DNA of 64,000 nt from Candidatus Poribacteria bacterium (GTDB lineage: Bacteria; Poribacteria; WGA-4E; WGA-3G): positions 64,001-128,000 of the forward strand of contig CBDBFU010000013.1 of NCBI GenBank assembly GCA_965205025.1, read 5' to 3'. The notes under the pieces are model-generated. The model saw nothing but the letters and a program-made list of their open reading frames with translations. It was not told where the DNA came from and did not search any database. A program made the translations under genes and the position numbers. Shown piece after piece: positions 24,626 to 34,596 of the stretch. Within the stretch, counting starts at the first letter, position 1; each line of letters starts with the position of its first letter.

Positions 24626-24997
24626 GGAAAACCCGTTTTATCGTTTGGGTGTTTTTTCGTTTATATTCCAATCAAAAATTCTTAATGATGTTAAAAATAA
24701 CATTATCGTTTACCTGTTTTATCTATTAAACATGAAAAGTTACACTTTTTGTCACATCGTGTGACATTAAAATTGGTGTCTAAACACCTTCTAAACCCTT
24801 TCACAGAGTGGGTTTACACCAAATTGAAATAGAAATTATAAAAATTCGATTTTTGTCTTTTCTTTACTTTATTTTGAAATCCAAAATGGGAATTTTAATT
24901 TTCATAACACAATTTTTTAATTGCTTTCTCAAAACTACTCTCATGCCAACGCCAGAGAGGGTTTTCAGGTTGTCATGTTTCTCTCTTTATTTGTGAT

Positions 24998-25186
24998 AAG
25001 TTACGAAATCGTAACTTTTTTCTTAAATTATCCATTTAACTAATTTTGACTACGAGTTCAGTGTTTATCTATCTTCGTAGGTGTTGTGTTAGTAGAACAC
25101 TTAGGAAAAAACTTAATAATTTGGTCGAATTTGTCCATTTTTCGATGTAAAAAGTTACAAAAAGTTACGAAATCGTAACTTTTTAC
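24998..25186. repeat. Two identical 23-bp palindromic sites AAGTTACGAAATCGTAACTTTTT
   Basis: Copies at 24998-25020 and 25162-25184; extra half-sites AAAAGTTAC at ~24736 and ~25150. Confidence 0.85.
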
Positions 25187-25661
25187 GGTTTTTCATATTA
25201 AGGTAAATTGGTGATAACGCTTGTCTTAGACTGTGTTCTCGGACGAATTTGCAAAAGGACATTTTTCTGTGAAAAAAGTTATTTAACATTTTTCTTGTTG
25301 GTTTTCTTCGGTTATGATAGTGCTTGAAATTTTCAAATTTTGCGGATAGCATTTGTCCCCGCTTTGATACAAAATAGACATCTGATCTTTTTGGTAAATT
25401 CATAGGTATATTCTTAATTTTGGTAAACAGTATATGTAATTCTCTGATTCTCTCATCTTGTATATTTAATCTATAGCAATTACCAATCTAACATTTATAT
25501 ATTTATATGTCATATAGATTGCTTATATTATTTATTTGTAATTGTTTAAGTGGTTCAAAGATTTGATGTATGCTATTTTGTTTTTCTTCATTATTTTTAT
25601 AGTTTGATGGTTTCTTTGTGATTAAAGGGGTGTGTGGAATAATTTGGATATATCTTACTTG

Positions 25662-25850
25662 TCTGAATCACAGAATACGTGGATTACACGGATAAGAGTG
25701 ATTGGGAGGATTAGGAGTAAGATCACAAACTAAAAGTTTGTGGTACAAAAAGCTGTTTTTTCTGAACCGCGGATTACGCGGAGAGGAGGGTTTTGGATGC
25801 GGATGTTTCTCTTTTCTGAATCGCAGATTAAGCGGAGGAGAGGATTTCGG
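25662..25850 (+). repeat. Cluster of REP-like elements
   Basis: Three TCTGAA(T/C)C(A/G)C(A/G)GA... units at ~25662, ~25761 and ~25815, plus a CACAAACT-AAA-AGTTTGTG hairpin at 25724-25742. Confidence 0.7.
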
Positions 25851-25882
25851 GGTATGGAATGTTTACCGTTTGCGTCAACGGA

Positions 25883-26374
25883 TCAAGGATCTTTGGTTGC
25901 CGTAGATGTGATATGCCATAGCAGTACTGTGCCGTCCGAACTACCACTTGCGAGTGTCTGTCCATCCGGACTGAAGGCTACACTTAAGACAAACCATGTA
26001 TGTCCTTGTAGTGTTTGCTTGTGTTCACCTGTTGCCACATCCCATAGACGGATGGTCTTGTCCTTACTGCCACTTGCGAGTGTCTGTCCATCAGGACTGA
26101 AGGCTACGCTTATGACAGACCATTTATGACCTGTGAGTAGTGATAATTCTTGATAGGTCTGTGCGTCATAGAGCCAAATACCAATATGGGTCGCAACTGC
26201 AATGAAGTTTCCATCTGGAGAATACGCAACATTTGTAACCTCCCCTTTCCCAAGACGCACTTTCGCACCTTCAGGTAAGTGCCACGTTGTATAATCTTGA
26301 GCAAAACTGTTGCATAAAAATAGTGTTGCAATGAATAGGTGTGTCAAAAAGAGATAAAATAACTTGGTATTCAT
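25883..26374 (-). CDS. Short secreted WD40 protein (about 3 blades; probable repeat collapse)
   Basis: Signal peptide, QDYTTWHLPEGAKVRLGKG cap, and two near-identical 42-aa WD40 units (126-bp nucleotide repeat at 25944/26070). Confidence 0.8.
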   Translation of the reverse strand: MNTKLFYLFLTHLFIATLFLCNSFAQDYTTWHLPEGAKVRLGKGEVTNVAYSPDGNFIAVATHIGIWLYDAQTYQELSLLTGHKWSVISVAFSPDGQTLASGSKDKTIRLWDVATGEHKQTLQGHTWFVLSVAFSPDGQTLASGSSDGTVLLWHITSTATKDP

Positions 26375-26489
26375 AGAAAAACCTTTCCTTTGATTCTAAT
26401 TAGGACAGAGACATTTCCTCTTAGAGTACTCTTGATAAGGGAGAATGTGTAAGTCCTGATAGAATCAGGCGTCAATTTAAGCATCAAGA

Positions 26490-26576
26490 TCTTCTGTAGG
26501 AGGGGATTCCGATCCTCGATTCTTCAAGTTCCTGTTCCTACTCCATGGCGTAATCCGTGAAATCCGTGATTCAGAA
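26490..26576. repeat. REP-like elements (GTAG type plus an inverted TCTGAATCACGG unit)
   Basis: TCTTCTGTAGGAGGG is also at 51558; the reverse complement of 26549-26575 is TCTGAATCACGGATTTCACGGATTACG, related to the 25662 unit. Confidence 0.65.
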
Positions 26577-26585
26577 AGCATAAAT

Positions 26586-27356
26586 CTATATATTAGAACG
26601 GGTTTGGCATCCATCAACATTAATACACGCCCCCGTGATAAGACTTGCTTTATCTGAAGCGAGGAACACTGCGACATTAGCAATCTCTTCTGGTTTACCA
26701 AAACGTCCAAGGGGCATTTCACTATCCACAAATGCTTTCATTGCATCAGGGTCTGCTTTCATGCGTCTATCCCATCCCCCACCTGGAAATAGAATGGAAC
26801 CGGGTGCTATACTATTAACACGTATATTATCAGGTGCAAGTTCTTTAGCCAAAGACTTTGTCATACTGATCTCTGCAGCTTTTGCAGCGTTGTATGTAAT
26901 GTGTCCTCCACCCTCTCTACCATAAATTGATGTAATCATAATAATAGCACCACTTCCCTGTTTCTTCATCACAGGAATTACCAATCGGTTGACTCGTGTA
27001 GCAGAAACTAAATTTAGATCGAGTATCTCGTGCCATTCGTCATCGGTAATTTCTTCTAACGGTGTCCACCGACTACCACCAACATTATTGACAACGACAT
27101 CAATTCGTCCATAATGATCAAGCGTTTCTGATATAAAAGCATCTACCTGTTCATTATCTGTTACATCCGTCGGTTTTGAGAAAACACCTCTCTTGAAAGG
27201 TTTTAGTTCATTTGTAACTGCTTGTAATGTATCTGGGTCTCTACCGCAAATACTCAGTTTGGCTTCCTCTTCAGCAAATGCGAATGCAATAGATCTCCCT
27301 ATTCCTCGACTTGCTCCTGTTATCACAACAACTTTGTCTGTAAGGCCTAATATCAT
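26586..27356 (-). CDS. SDR family oxidoreductase (FabG-like)
   Basis: TGASRGIG, VNNVGG, YNAAK and NVDG. Confidence 0.92.
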   Translation of the reverse strand: MILGLTDKVVVITGASRGIGRSIAFAFAEEEAKLSICGRDPDTLQAVTNELKPFKRGVFSKPTDVTDNEQVDAFISETLDHYGRIDVVVNNVGGSRWTPLEEITDDEWHEILDLNLVSATRVNRLVIPVMKKQGSGAIIMITSIYGREGGGHITYNAAKAAEISMTKSLAKELAPDNIRVNSIAPGSILFPGGGWDRRMKADPDAMKAFVDSEMPLGRFGKPEEIANVAVFLASDKASLITGACINVDGCQTRSNI

Positions 27357-27460
27357 AAAATTTCTCCGTTCTATTGATAGTAAACTTTAAATATGTCATG
27401 CTTAAGGTGGACTTCACTCGGTGTGTCTACCACTACTAAATTCCACTCATTTCTTCTCTG

Positions 27461-28153
27461 TTATTTCTCTTCCTTGAGTCGATATCCAACACCGTATACA
27501 GTCTCAATATGTTTGCCTAATTTCCCTAATTTTCTTCTGAGTCTACTCACGTGTGTGTCAACAGTTCTGTCTATTCCGTAGTATTCCTGCTCCCAGATAA
27601 CATCCATCAGTATATCTCGATTGAAGACGCGTCCGGGTGATTTGGCAAAAAGTGTTATAAGTTTGAATTCTGTAGCAGTTAGATCAATTGCTTCGTCATC
27701 TGTCAACACCTGATGTCGATTAAGGTCTATGACGACCCCGTGTGTTTCAATCTTATTTTCATCCTCATCATCGTTACCAGCATTCAATCTACGTAGGACA
27801 GCATTGATACGGAGGACAACTTCCCGTGGGCTAAAAGGTTTTGTAATATAATCATCTGCTCCCAATTCAAGACCTGTAACACGGTCTTGTTCATCTGTCT
27901 TGGCAGTTAACATGACAATTGGAATTTTCTTAGTTCGTGGGTCATTTTTCAGCAGACGGCAAACAATCAATCCGTCAACTTCGGGAAGCATAAGATCTAA
28001 CAGTATGAGATCTGGTGGGTTATCAACAGCCCGTGGTAGGACGTCAGCACCGTTACGTACAACATCTACTTCGAAATTCTCTTGTTTTAGGTTATACCTT
28101 AATAGGTCGACGATATCGCGTTCGTCTTCCACAATTAGTATTTTTGCATCCAT
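27461..28153 (-). CDS. OmpR/PhoB family response regulator
   Basis: Receiver domain (IVEDE, LLDLMLP, MLTAK, ADDYITKPF) plus a wHTH domain (LTATEF, RTVDTHVSRLRRKL). Confidence 0.93.
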   Translation of the reverse strand: MDAKILIVEDERDIVDLLRYNLKQENFEVDVVRNGADVLPRAVDNPPDLILLDLMLPEVDGLIVCRLLKNDPRTKKIPIVMLTAKTDEQDRVTGLELGADDYITKPFSPREVVLRINAVLRRLNAGNDDEDENKIETHGVVIDLNRHQVLTDDEAIDLTATEFKLITLFAKSPGRVFNRDILMDVIWEQEYYGIDRTVDTHVSRLRRKLGKLGKHIETVYGVGYRLKEEK

Positions 28154-28389
28154 TTGAATTACCTAATCTATATAATTCCTTCTACATATTCAAAACAATT
28201 GAACATTTTGCTTAATTTTTTATCAGAGTCAGGGGTTGGATTACTCTTGTATTAGGAAAGAATATGCATTAATGTATAAGTGCATTATTTGTATAATATT
28301 ACCACATTCTGCTGTGAATTGTAATGTAAATAATCAACACCTATGGTATTATTTTGTAAAACAAAATAAGGTAGTAATTATAATCAGTA

Positions 28390-28748
28390 ATGAAAATTAA
28401 ACGTACATATCATATATAATAATCATAAACACCCTATTACTTCTTTTGATTAGATTCCCTTACGGATATTCTGATTCAAATATCCGAGGGTTTACACCAG
28501 AAAACGCATCCCAACAACAGGAAACAGAAACTGCATTCAAAAAATTAGTATCAATAGATTCTTGTATGAAGAATTTACGCAGATTGACTGAAGAACCACA
28601 TCTTGCGGGAACTGAGAATAGTCTGAAGGTGGCAGAATATTTAAAAGATCAATATGAGAGTTATGGATTGCAAGTTAAGATATATGAATATCAAGTATAT
28701 TTACCACACCCTATTACTTTGTATCTTCAATTACTACTACATAAATAG
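28390..28748 (+). pseudogene. Truncated N-terminal fragment of an M28B glutamate carboxypeptidase II/transferrin-receptor-like peptidase
   Basis: IRGFTPE...LRRLTEEPHLAGTENSLKVAEYLKDQYESYGL...YEYQVYLPHP matches the M28B N-terminus; similarity stops at ~28712, where the convergent ABC gene ends. Confidence 0.7.
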
Positions 28749-29757
28749 GTTTTAATGAGACAGTATCTCCCACTTGAAATTGACTCTGATAGTCAGTTTG
28801 GACAAAGTAAATGTCTCCATCTATCTCAACTTGATAAGTAAAATCATGCCCTTTAAACTCACGGGTTGAAATGTGACCTTGTATATTATTCTTTAATTCT
28901 GTATCAGTCTTATTGATATTTATATGTTCTGGACGAATGGATAGTATTACCTGTGGTGAGTCTGGATAATTCATTTTAATTGTACCAAGAGGAGTTTCAG
29001 CAAGACCATTTTCAATACTTGTCTCAATAATGTTTGTCTTCCCTAAAAAATTCGCCACATAGACAGTTTTTGGTTGCTTGTATACTTCTTCAGGTATACC
29101 AATTTGCTCGATCGTACCATCATTCATCACTGCAACCCGTTCTGCAAAACTTAAGGCTTCTTCCTGATCATGTGTAACCAATATAACACTTATATTGAAG
29201 GTCTTTAATAATTCTCTAACTTCCTCTCTTGTTGATTGTCTTAGACCGGTATCAAGGTTTGAAAATGGTTCATCTAATAGGAGCATCTTAGGTTGTGTGA
29301 CTAATGATCTTGCTAATGCCACTCGTTGTTGTTCGCCACCTGAGAGATGATGAGGCATACGTGATTGTAGATGTGCCATTCCAACCCGTTCCAGTATATC
29401 TAAAGCAATCTCATATCTTTTATTTTTCTTGAGTTTTCTTCTTAAACCAAAAGCGGCATTATCAATTACTGTTTTATCGGGAAACAGAGCGTAATCCTGA
29501 AACACAAAACCTATTTCACGTGATTCTGGTGGGACAAAGACACGTTTGTCATCAAGAACGCGTTCGTTTATTGTAACGCTACCGGAATCGGCTTTTTCAA
29601 ATCCTGCAATCAATCGTAATGTCGTTGTTTTTCCACATCCGCTTGCCCCTAAGAGTGCGAATATTTCCCCTGGGTATACTTCAAAACTGACATTTTTTAC
29701 CACAGGTGTAGTCTGATATTGCTTTGATATTGAATCAACTGTAAGAAGTGGTTTCAT
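28714..29757 (-). CDS. ABC transporter ATP-binding protein, FbpC/PotA family
   Basis: GASGCGKT, VFQDYALFP, LSGGEQQRVALAR, LLLDEPFSNLD and a C-terminal TOBE-like region. Confidence 0.9.
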   Translation of the reverse strand: MKPLLTVDSISKQYQTTPVVKNVSFEVYPGEIFALLGASGCGKTTTLRLIAGFEKADSGSVTINERVLDDKRVFVPPESREIGFVFQDYALFPDKTVIDNAAFGLRRKLKKNKRYEIALDILERVGMAHLQSRMPHHLSGGEQQRVALARSLVTQPKMLLLDEPFSNLDTGLRQSTREEVRELLKTFNISVILVTHDQEEALSFAERVAVMNDGTIEQIGIPEEVYKQPKTVYVANFLGKTNIIETSIENGLAETPLGTIKMNYPDSPQVILSIRPEHININKTDTELKNNIQGHISTREFKGHDFTYQVEIDGDIYFVQTDYQSQFQVGDTVSLKPIYVVVIEDTK

Positions 29758-29822
29758 AACGGTTTAATACATCTAAATTATATCAGGATTTACTCTTAAT
29801 TCATCATGATATAATTAACTTA

Positions 29823-31757
29823 CTATAGTGAATGTCCTGCTCCAGAAGAAGGCATATATAGGTTCATAACAAAACTGATTATGCTCAATACACTTCTTGG
29901 TACAAAATCTCCTAATACTAACCCGAGGAAAAAAGGTATTGCTCTCCTATAGGCTTGCCATCCAGAGAATTTGAGAATCATGAATTTAATTAACCAACTC
30001 ACCATCACAGGAAACCAGAAATATATGAGTCCACCCCACGATGCTCCTGAGAGGACATATCCAGATGGATGTAATGTCCACCACATTAGGTGTGTCCGTA
30101 AAAAATGTAATAGGAAAACAAAAAGGAAACCACCACCCATAAATGTGATTGCTGGATAATTAACTTCTTTTGGATATTGTAACCAACTTTGAAGTGGATT
30201 AAAACTCTCCCACCCAAAGTGTCCTACATGTCCTTCACATCTTGCTAATACTCCGTACTGGTAACCTACCTGAAGGTATGTCCAAAATGTAGCAACCGCA
30301 CCAATACCGATAGCGAAAGCCATACAAAGGAGTAAAGTCTTTCCCGGTATACTTCCTCTATCTCCTATGCGTAGAGATTCAACTTGATTTGGCATTGGGT
30401 GTGAACGATTACATCGATTAAATGCATATAGGAATGTCATTATAGTTAGATTTGATGCACCTAAATTCCGTGTACCGAACATATTTACCATCATCCCTCG
30501 AGGATTAATACCGATTACTTCATGGTAAGGTGGACCTAATTCTGCACGCACTCTTCCAATTGCAATTGCAAATGCAACAAACAGAAGATAGAATACAGCG
30601 ATCACCCAGAGAGACATTCCTGCCAAATAGCAAAAACCGAATACACCAACAATACTCAATACTGTTAGTATGGCAGTCGTTCTATATGAGAACGGTTCAT
30701 TAATATCATCCCCTTGTTCAATACCAAGGAGATGCTTAAAAAATCGTATGAAATGTCTACGTCCTATCCATATAGTTAATACTGCAATACCAACCCATGC
30801 CCCCGAAGCACGTTCATTCAAATATAACTTACCAATGTTTGTTAGACCTAAAGCACTTGCAATCACTCTTTCTGCCCGTGTTAACCAGAAGAAAAACCAT
30901 GTTGAAAATGCAAGATCAAGTGGCATGAAATAGGTCAATCCAACAATGGCTAAGTTGAATGACATGGATACATACCCCACAGCGTTCCACGGTCTTTCTG
31001 TAATATATCTATCAAGTCGAAAACTTGTAGGGAATGTTGGGATCACTGGGAATAGATCGTGTAATCCACCCATTACTCGAAGCAGTGCTGCAATCCCAAA
31101 CCCAATCCAAAGTGCCCGTGAAAGGAAGAATTTGCGGTTTGTCACCATTTGAAGGGGTAATTGTGTTAATGGGAAGCTTAATTTCTCTCGTTCCATCCAC
31201 TGTTTTCGGAGCAGTAGTCCCAAACATAGTAATGAACCGTAGAGAAGAAAGATGAAACTTGACCAGATCAGTATCGGTTTGATCCATATCCTTAGATGTT
31301 CTTGGTAATAGATACTTGATTCACCTTCATAATATCCTGCTAACCATTCTGATTCATGAACTGTTAACCATTCAGGTATATGATGCAAGAATAGTTGTGC
31401 CCATTCATTTTCAGGTGTTGCGAACCAGAAAGGATGTGCCAAAGTACCCATTAGGATAGCCATCATGGCGTGCCCTGAAATGGTAGAAACCATCGTAACC
31501 ATGATGTATATTAGTAATAATTCTGCCGGAGTAAAAGCAATACGTGGAGAGAATTTCCGTAAGGCAACATTCAGTACAATCAACACTACCAAAGTGAAGA
31601 CTGCATTTGAAAATGGGGACACAAGTGTATAAACTGCATACCAGAGTTCACTTGCAATACCAACCCAATATGCGTTTACGACAACAAGTATTAAACCAAC
31701 AATTATTGCTTTTTTGGAAATTACCTCAGTGGTGCTTGAGGATTGCTGATTCATCAA
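29823..31757 (-). CDS. Polytopic membrane protein, DUF6785/DUF6784 (OPT-like putative transporter)
   Basis: Many TM helices; FTPAELLLIY, LRKQWMEREKLSFPL, PLDLAFSTWFF, WWTLHPSGY and PFFLGLVLGDF. Confidence 0.7.
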   Translation of the reverse strand: MMNQQSSSTTEVISKKAIIVGLILVVVNAYWVGIASELWYAVYTLVSPFSNAVFTLVVLIVLNVALRKFSPRIAFTPAELLLIYIMVTMVSTISGHAMMAILMGTLAHPFWFATPENEWAQLFLHHIPEWLTVHESEWLAGYYEGESSIYYQEHLRIWIKPILIWSSFIFLLYGSLLCLGLLLRKQWMEREKLSFPLTQLPLQMVTNRKFFLSRALWIGFGIAALLRVMGGLHDLFPVIPTFPTSFRLDRYITERPWNAVGYVSMSFNLAIVGLTYFMPLDLAFSTWFFFWLTRAERVIASALGLTNIGKLYLNERASGAWVGIAVLTIWIGRRHFIRFFKHLLGIEQGDDINEPFSYRTTAILTVLSIVGVFGFCYLAGMSLWVIAVFYLLFVAFAIAIGRVRAELGPPYHEVIGINPRGMMVNMFGTRNLGASNLTIMTFLYAFNRCNRSHPMPNQVESLRIGDRGSIPGKTLLLCMAFAIGIGAVATFWTYLQVGYQYGVLARCEGHVGHFGWESFNPLQSWLQYPKEVNYPAITFMGGGFLFVFLLHFLRTHLMWWTLHPSGYVLSGASWGGLIYFWFPVMVSWLIKFMILKFSGWQAYRRAIPFFLGLVLGDFVPRSVLSIISFVMNLYMPSSGAGHSL

Positions 31758-31940
31758 AGTTGTTTGAATTAATCTGTCAACAAAGGTGTTGTGGTTAGGA
31801 TATAGAAGTGAGGATTTTTAAGGAATTTGTAAAGTATCTGGTGCGGTTAGGAACAGAACCACTGGGTCTATGAAAAATTAAGTGTTAGTGTTACATGAGA
31901 ATATTCAAAAGCAAAATACCCATAGGATCTTATACTTCTA

Positions 31941-33458
31941 TCATATAGAATTTGAAACCAATGTTTGCATTTCTTTACCAAGGTTGAGTAGTACGTAATC
32001 AAGATTCTGGTAGATTGAAATGATAGTGTCAACTTCACCAGCATTTATAATACGAATTGCTTCTTTCATTTGCAAATCATATTTTAAATTAACAACGCGA
32101 TCAATACCTACATTAAGGTTGAATAGTAGTTCAGCACGTTGGGTTATCCAATCCATACTAACACGTAATCCATCATCAAACAGATTCTGTCTCAGTTTTG
32201 GTAATTCTGGTTCAAGTTTCGTAAAGTCTTGTGGCAATTCTCCAGTTCTTTTAGTTTCTTCTTCAATCCATAATGTAATAAAGTTCTCAATTACATTTCT
32301 CTCAACAACTAATCTTCTCCACGTTTGTTCGATTCTATCAGGCACAGGATCAACAATAGTAACTTGAGGTGTAATTCCAGACTTGTCTATAGATGTGCCG
32401 TTTGGAGTAAAATATGAGGAAATTGTAATTGAGATTGCTCCTATACCTGAAAGAGGATATCGTTTCTGTACAACTCCCTTTCCGTAAGTTTTTGTACCTA
32501 TCAATATACCGCGTCCAGTATCCTTAATTGCACCTGCGACGATTTCTGATGCACTGGCACTGAATTCATCAACAAGGATGACAACAGGAATATTAGGGTC
32601 ACACAGAATATCCTTATGTGCAGGGTAAGTGCTATCAAATTCACTTCTTCTCCCTTTAGTAGATACGATCGTTCCTTCACTAATGAATGCATCAGCAATA
32701 TGATATGCTGCATCAAGGAGACCTCCTTGATTACTACGCAGATCTAATATGAGGGCTTGCATCCCATTTGTTTGATGTGAAGCTAATGCTCTATTAAATT
32801 CCTCTTCAGTCCCACCTAACCGATCTTTTCCAATGAATTTTGTTATTTGTATATAACCGATGTCCCCATCCAACATAGTGGTATTTACACTTGGTATGGA
32901 TATTTTTGCACGTGTTAGTCTGACTTCAAAGGGGTCGAGAAATTTTCGTTGAACTGTTAGGGTCACATCTGTGTTGACATCACCACGCAATAAATCAACC
33001 ACATCATGAATTGTCATCCCTGTAGTATCACCCAAATAAATCTGTTTTCCATCAACTTTTGTAATATAATCACCAGCCTGTAGATGTGCACCTTCAGCGG
33101 GAGTTCCAGGCATTGGTTTGGATATCTTAATAAAACCACGATGATCTGGATATATTTGAACTCCAAGCCCCCCGAATTTAGCGTTGTATAGATTCTCTAC
33201 TGAACGCCGATGATCACGTTCTGACAGTAAATAGGTATAAGGGTCACCGATTGATGCAAGTGCCCCTTTAATTGCCCCCTGATACATTTCATTTCGATCA
33301 ATAGGTTTATAATAATTATCTTCAGCAGTATTGATAGCAGATTCAAGAGCTCTGTTTAACATTGCTGGCGTTAGACGTTCATCACTTGAATGAATGAAGA
33401 GTAATGGTATACCGATTGCAATTAATAAGACTATGAATGATAGCACAAATCTTTTCAT
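31941..33458 (-). CDS. ctpA: Carboxyl-terminal processing protease, S41A family
   Basis: DPYT, PDZ (FGGLGVQI), LDLRSNQGG, SASASEIVAGA and TYGKGVVQ. Confidence 0.9.
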   Translation of the reverse strand: MKRFVLSFIVLLIAIGIPLLFIHSSDERLTPAMLNRALESAINTAEDNYYKPIDRNEMYQGAIKGALASIGDPYTYLLSERDHRRSVENLYNAKFGGLGVQIYPDHRGFIKISKPMPGTPAEGAHLQAGDYITKVDGKQIYLGDTTGMTIHDVVDLLRGDVNTDVTLTVQRKFLDPFEVRLTRAKISIPSVNTTMLDGDIGYIQITKFIGKDRLGGTEEEFNRALASHQTNGMQALILDLRSNQGGLLDAAYHIADAFISEGTIVSTKGRRSEFDSTYPAHKDILCDPNIPVVILVDEFSASASEIVAGAIKDTGRGILIGTKTYGKGVVQKRYPLSGIGAISITISSYFTPNGTSIDKSGITPQVTIVDPVPDRIEQTWRRLVVERNVIENFITLWIEEETKRTGELPQDFTKLEPELPKLRQNLFDDGLRVSMDWITQRAELLFNLNVGIDRVVNLKYDLQMKEAIRIINAGEVDTIISIYQNLDYVLLNLGKEMQTLVSNSI

Positions 33459-33681
33459 TAATGATCCCTCTTGGAATTTATAGGTAGAAGATCTATTGGA
33501 ACATAATCATCATCGATTTTGAATTATTAGGTTATTATATTTTAGCAGGTATATTACATTTATTCAATGTATTTTCAATGGTATTCAATTCCTAATGTGT
33601 TGTATTGTATTTTGAATCTACCTATATGATTCTTATTTGATTTTATTTAACGATCATGTATCGGATGTATACTTGGTGAAT

Positions 33682-34596
33682 TTATGAACTATCATTTATC
33701 TTTTCAGGTTGTGTTTTCCACCTGTTATGTATCCATAACCACTGATCCGGATATTGTCGTATATATTTTTCTAATTGAGTTAAAAGTTGGGTAGTATAAT
33801 GCTTCACGTCAGATTCCAGATCCCCTGATGACTTTGTATAGATTGGTGGTAAAATCTCCACATAATGACTTCCGTCCGGTTTTCTGATGTCCAGTGAGAA
33901 AAGGATTGGAGATTCTGTTTTTAACGCCAGGGTTACAGGTCCCCTTGCGGTAGACGCGGGTGTCCCAAAAAAGTCTATAAATACACCATGTTCTCCTGCA
34001 TTTTGATCTGCGAAAAAACCGACTGCTTGATTGTTTCTTAATGCCCTTAGTGATTCCTTAACAGCATTTTTTCTGGGTATTAATTCTAAACTAAAGAGTT
34101 CACGGTATCTCCATACCATATCATTTAATGGTTGATTTTTTAATGGAAATGCGATTGCTTTGGCTTGATTTGGTATGAGTGTCCCATATACAAGTGAGAG
34201 AAGTTCCCAGTTTCCAAAATGTGGAAGAAATACAATTACTCCTTTTCCGAATTCCATAGCAGTTTCAAGATGTTCCTTTCCAACAACTGAAACATTATGC
34301 CAAATATTCTCATCATTCATTTTAGGAAATCGCATGAATTCGACTACAGTTTTACTAAGATTAATAAAACTGTCTTTACAGATTTTAAGTCGTTCATTTT
34401 CGGTTATTTCATTATCAAATGCTACCTGTATATTATGTATTGCGATTTCTCTTCTTTTCTTGAGTGTATAAAATAATAGCAGTCCAATTCCTTTGGCAAG
34501 AAACATTGCCATCTTTTTAGTTAGAATACGACAAAATAAACCAAATAACCATATAGTATTGTATACAAATCTGTCTTTGAGTATTTTAGGTATCAA
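33682..34596 (-). CDS. Lipid A biosynthesis (LpxL/HtrB-type) acyltransferase
   Basis: HFGNWE, ADQNAG, FFG and PDQWLWIHNRWK. Confidence 0.9.
   Translation of the reverse strand: MIPKILKDRFVYNTIWLFGLFCRILTKKMAMFLAKGIGLLLFYTLKKRREIAIHNIQVAFDNEITENERLKICKDSFINLSKTVVEFMRFPKMNDENIWHNVSVVGKEHLETAMEFGKGVIVFLPHFGNWELLSLVYGTLIPNQAKAIAFPLKNQPLNDMVWRYRELFSLELIPRKNAVKESLRALRNNQAVGFFADQNAGEHGVFIDFFGTPASTARGPVTLALKTESPILFSLDIRKPDGSHYVEILPPIYTKSSGDLESDVKHYTTQLLTQLEKYIRQYPDQWLWIHNRWKTQPEKINDSS

Noticed and set aside
24808-25403. Short ORFs 24808-24996 (+) and 25155-25403 (-)
   Set aside because: F/K-rich translations of AT-rich palindromic DNA with no clear RBS.
24378-25660. Replication origin
   Set aside because: No cluster of DnaA boxes (TTATCCACA) and no dnaA/dnaN/parAB genes nearby.
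25662-25850. CRISPR array
   Set aside because: Units are degenerate and irregularly spaced, and there are no cas genes in the window.
25740-26129. 129-aa ORF with an internal repeat
   Set aside because: Antisense shadow of the WD40 gene and the REP cluster.
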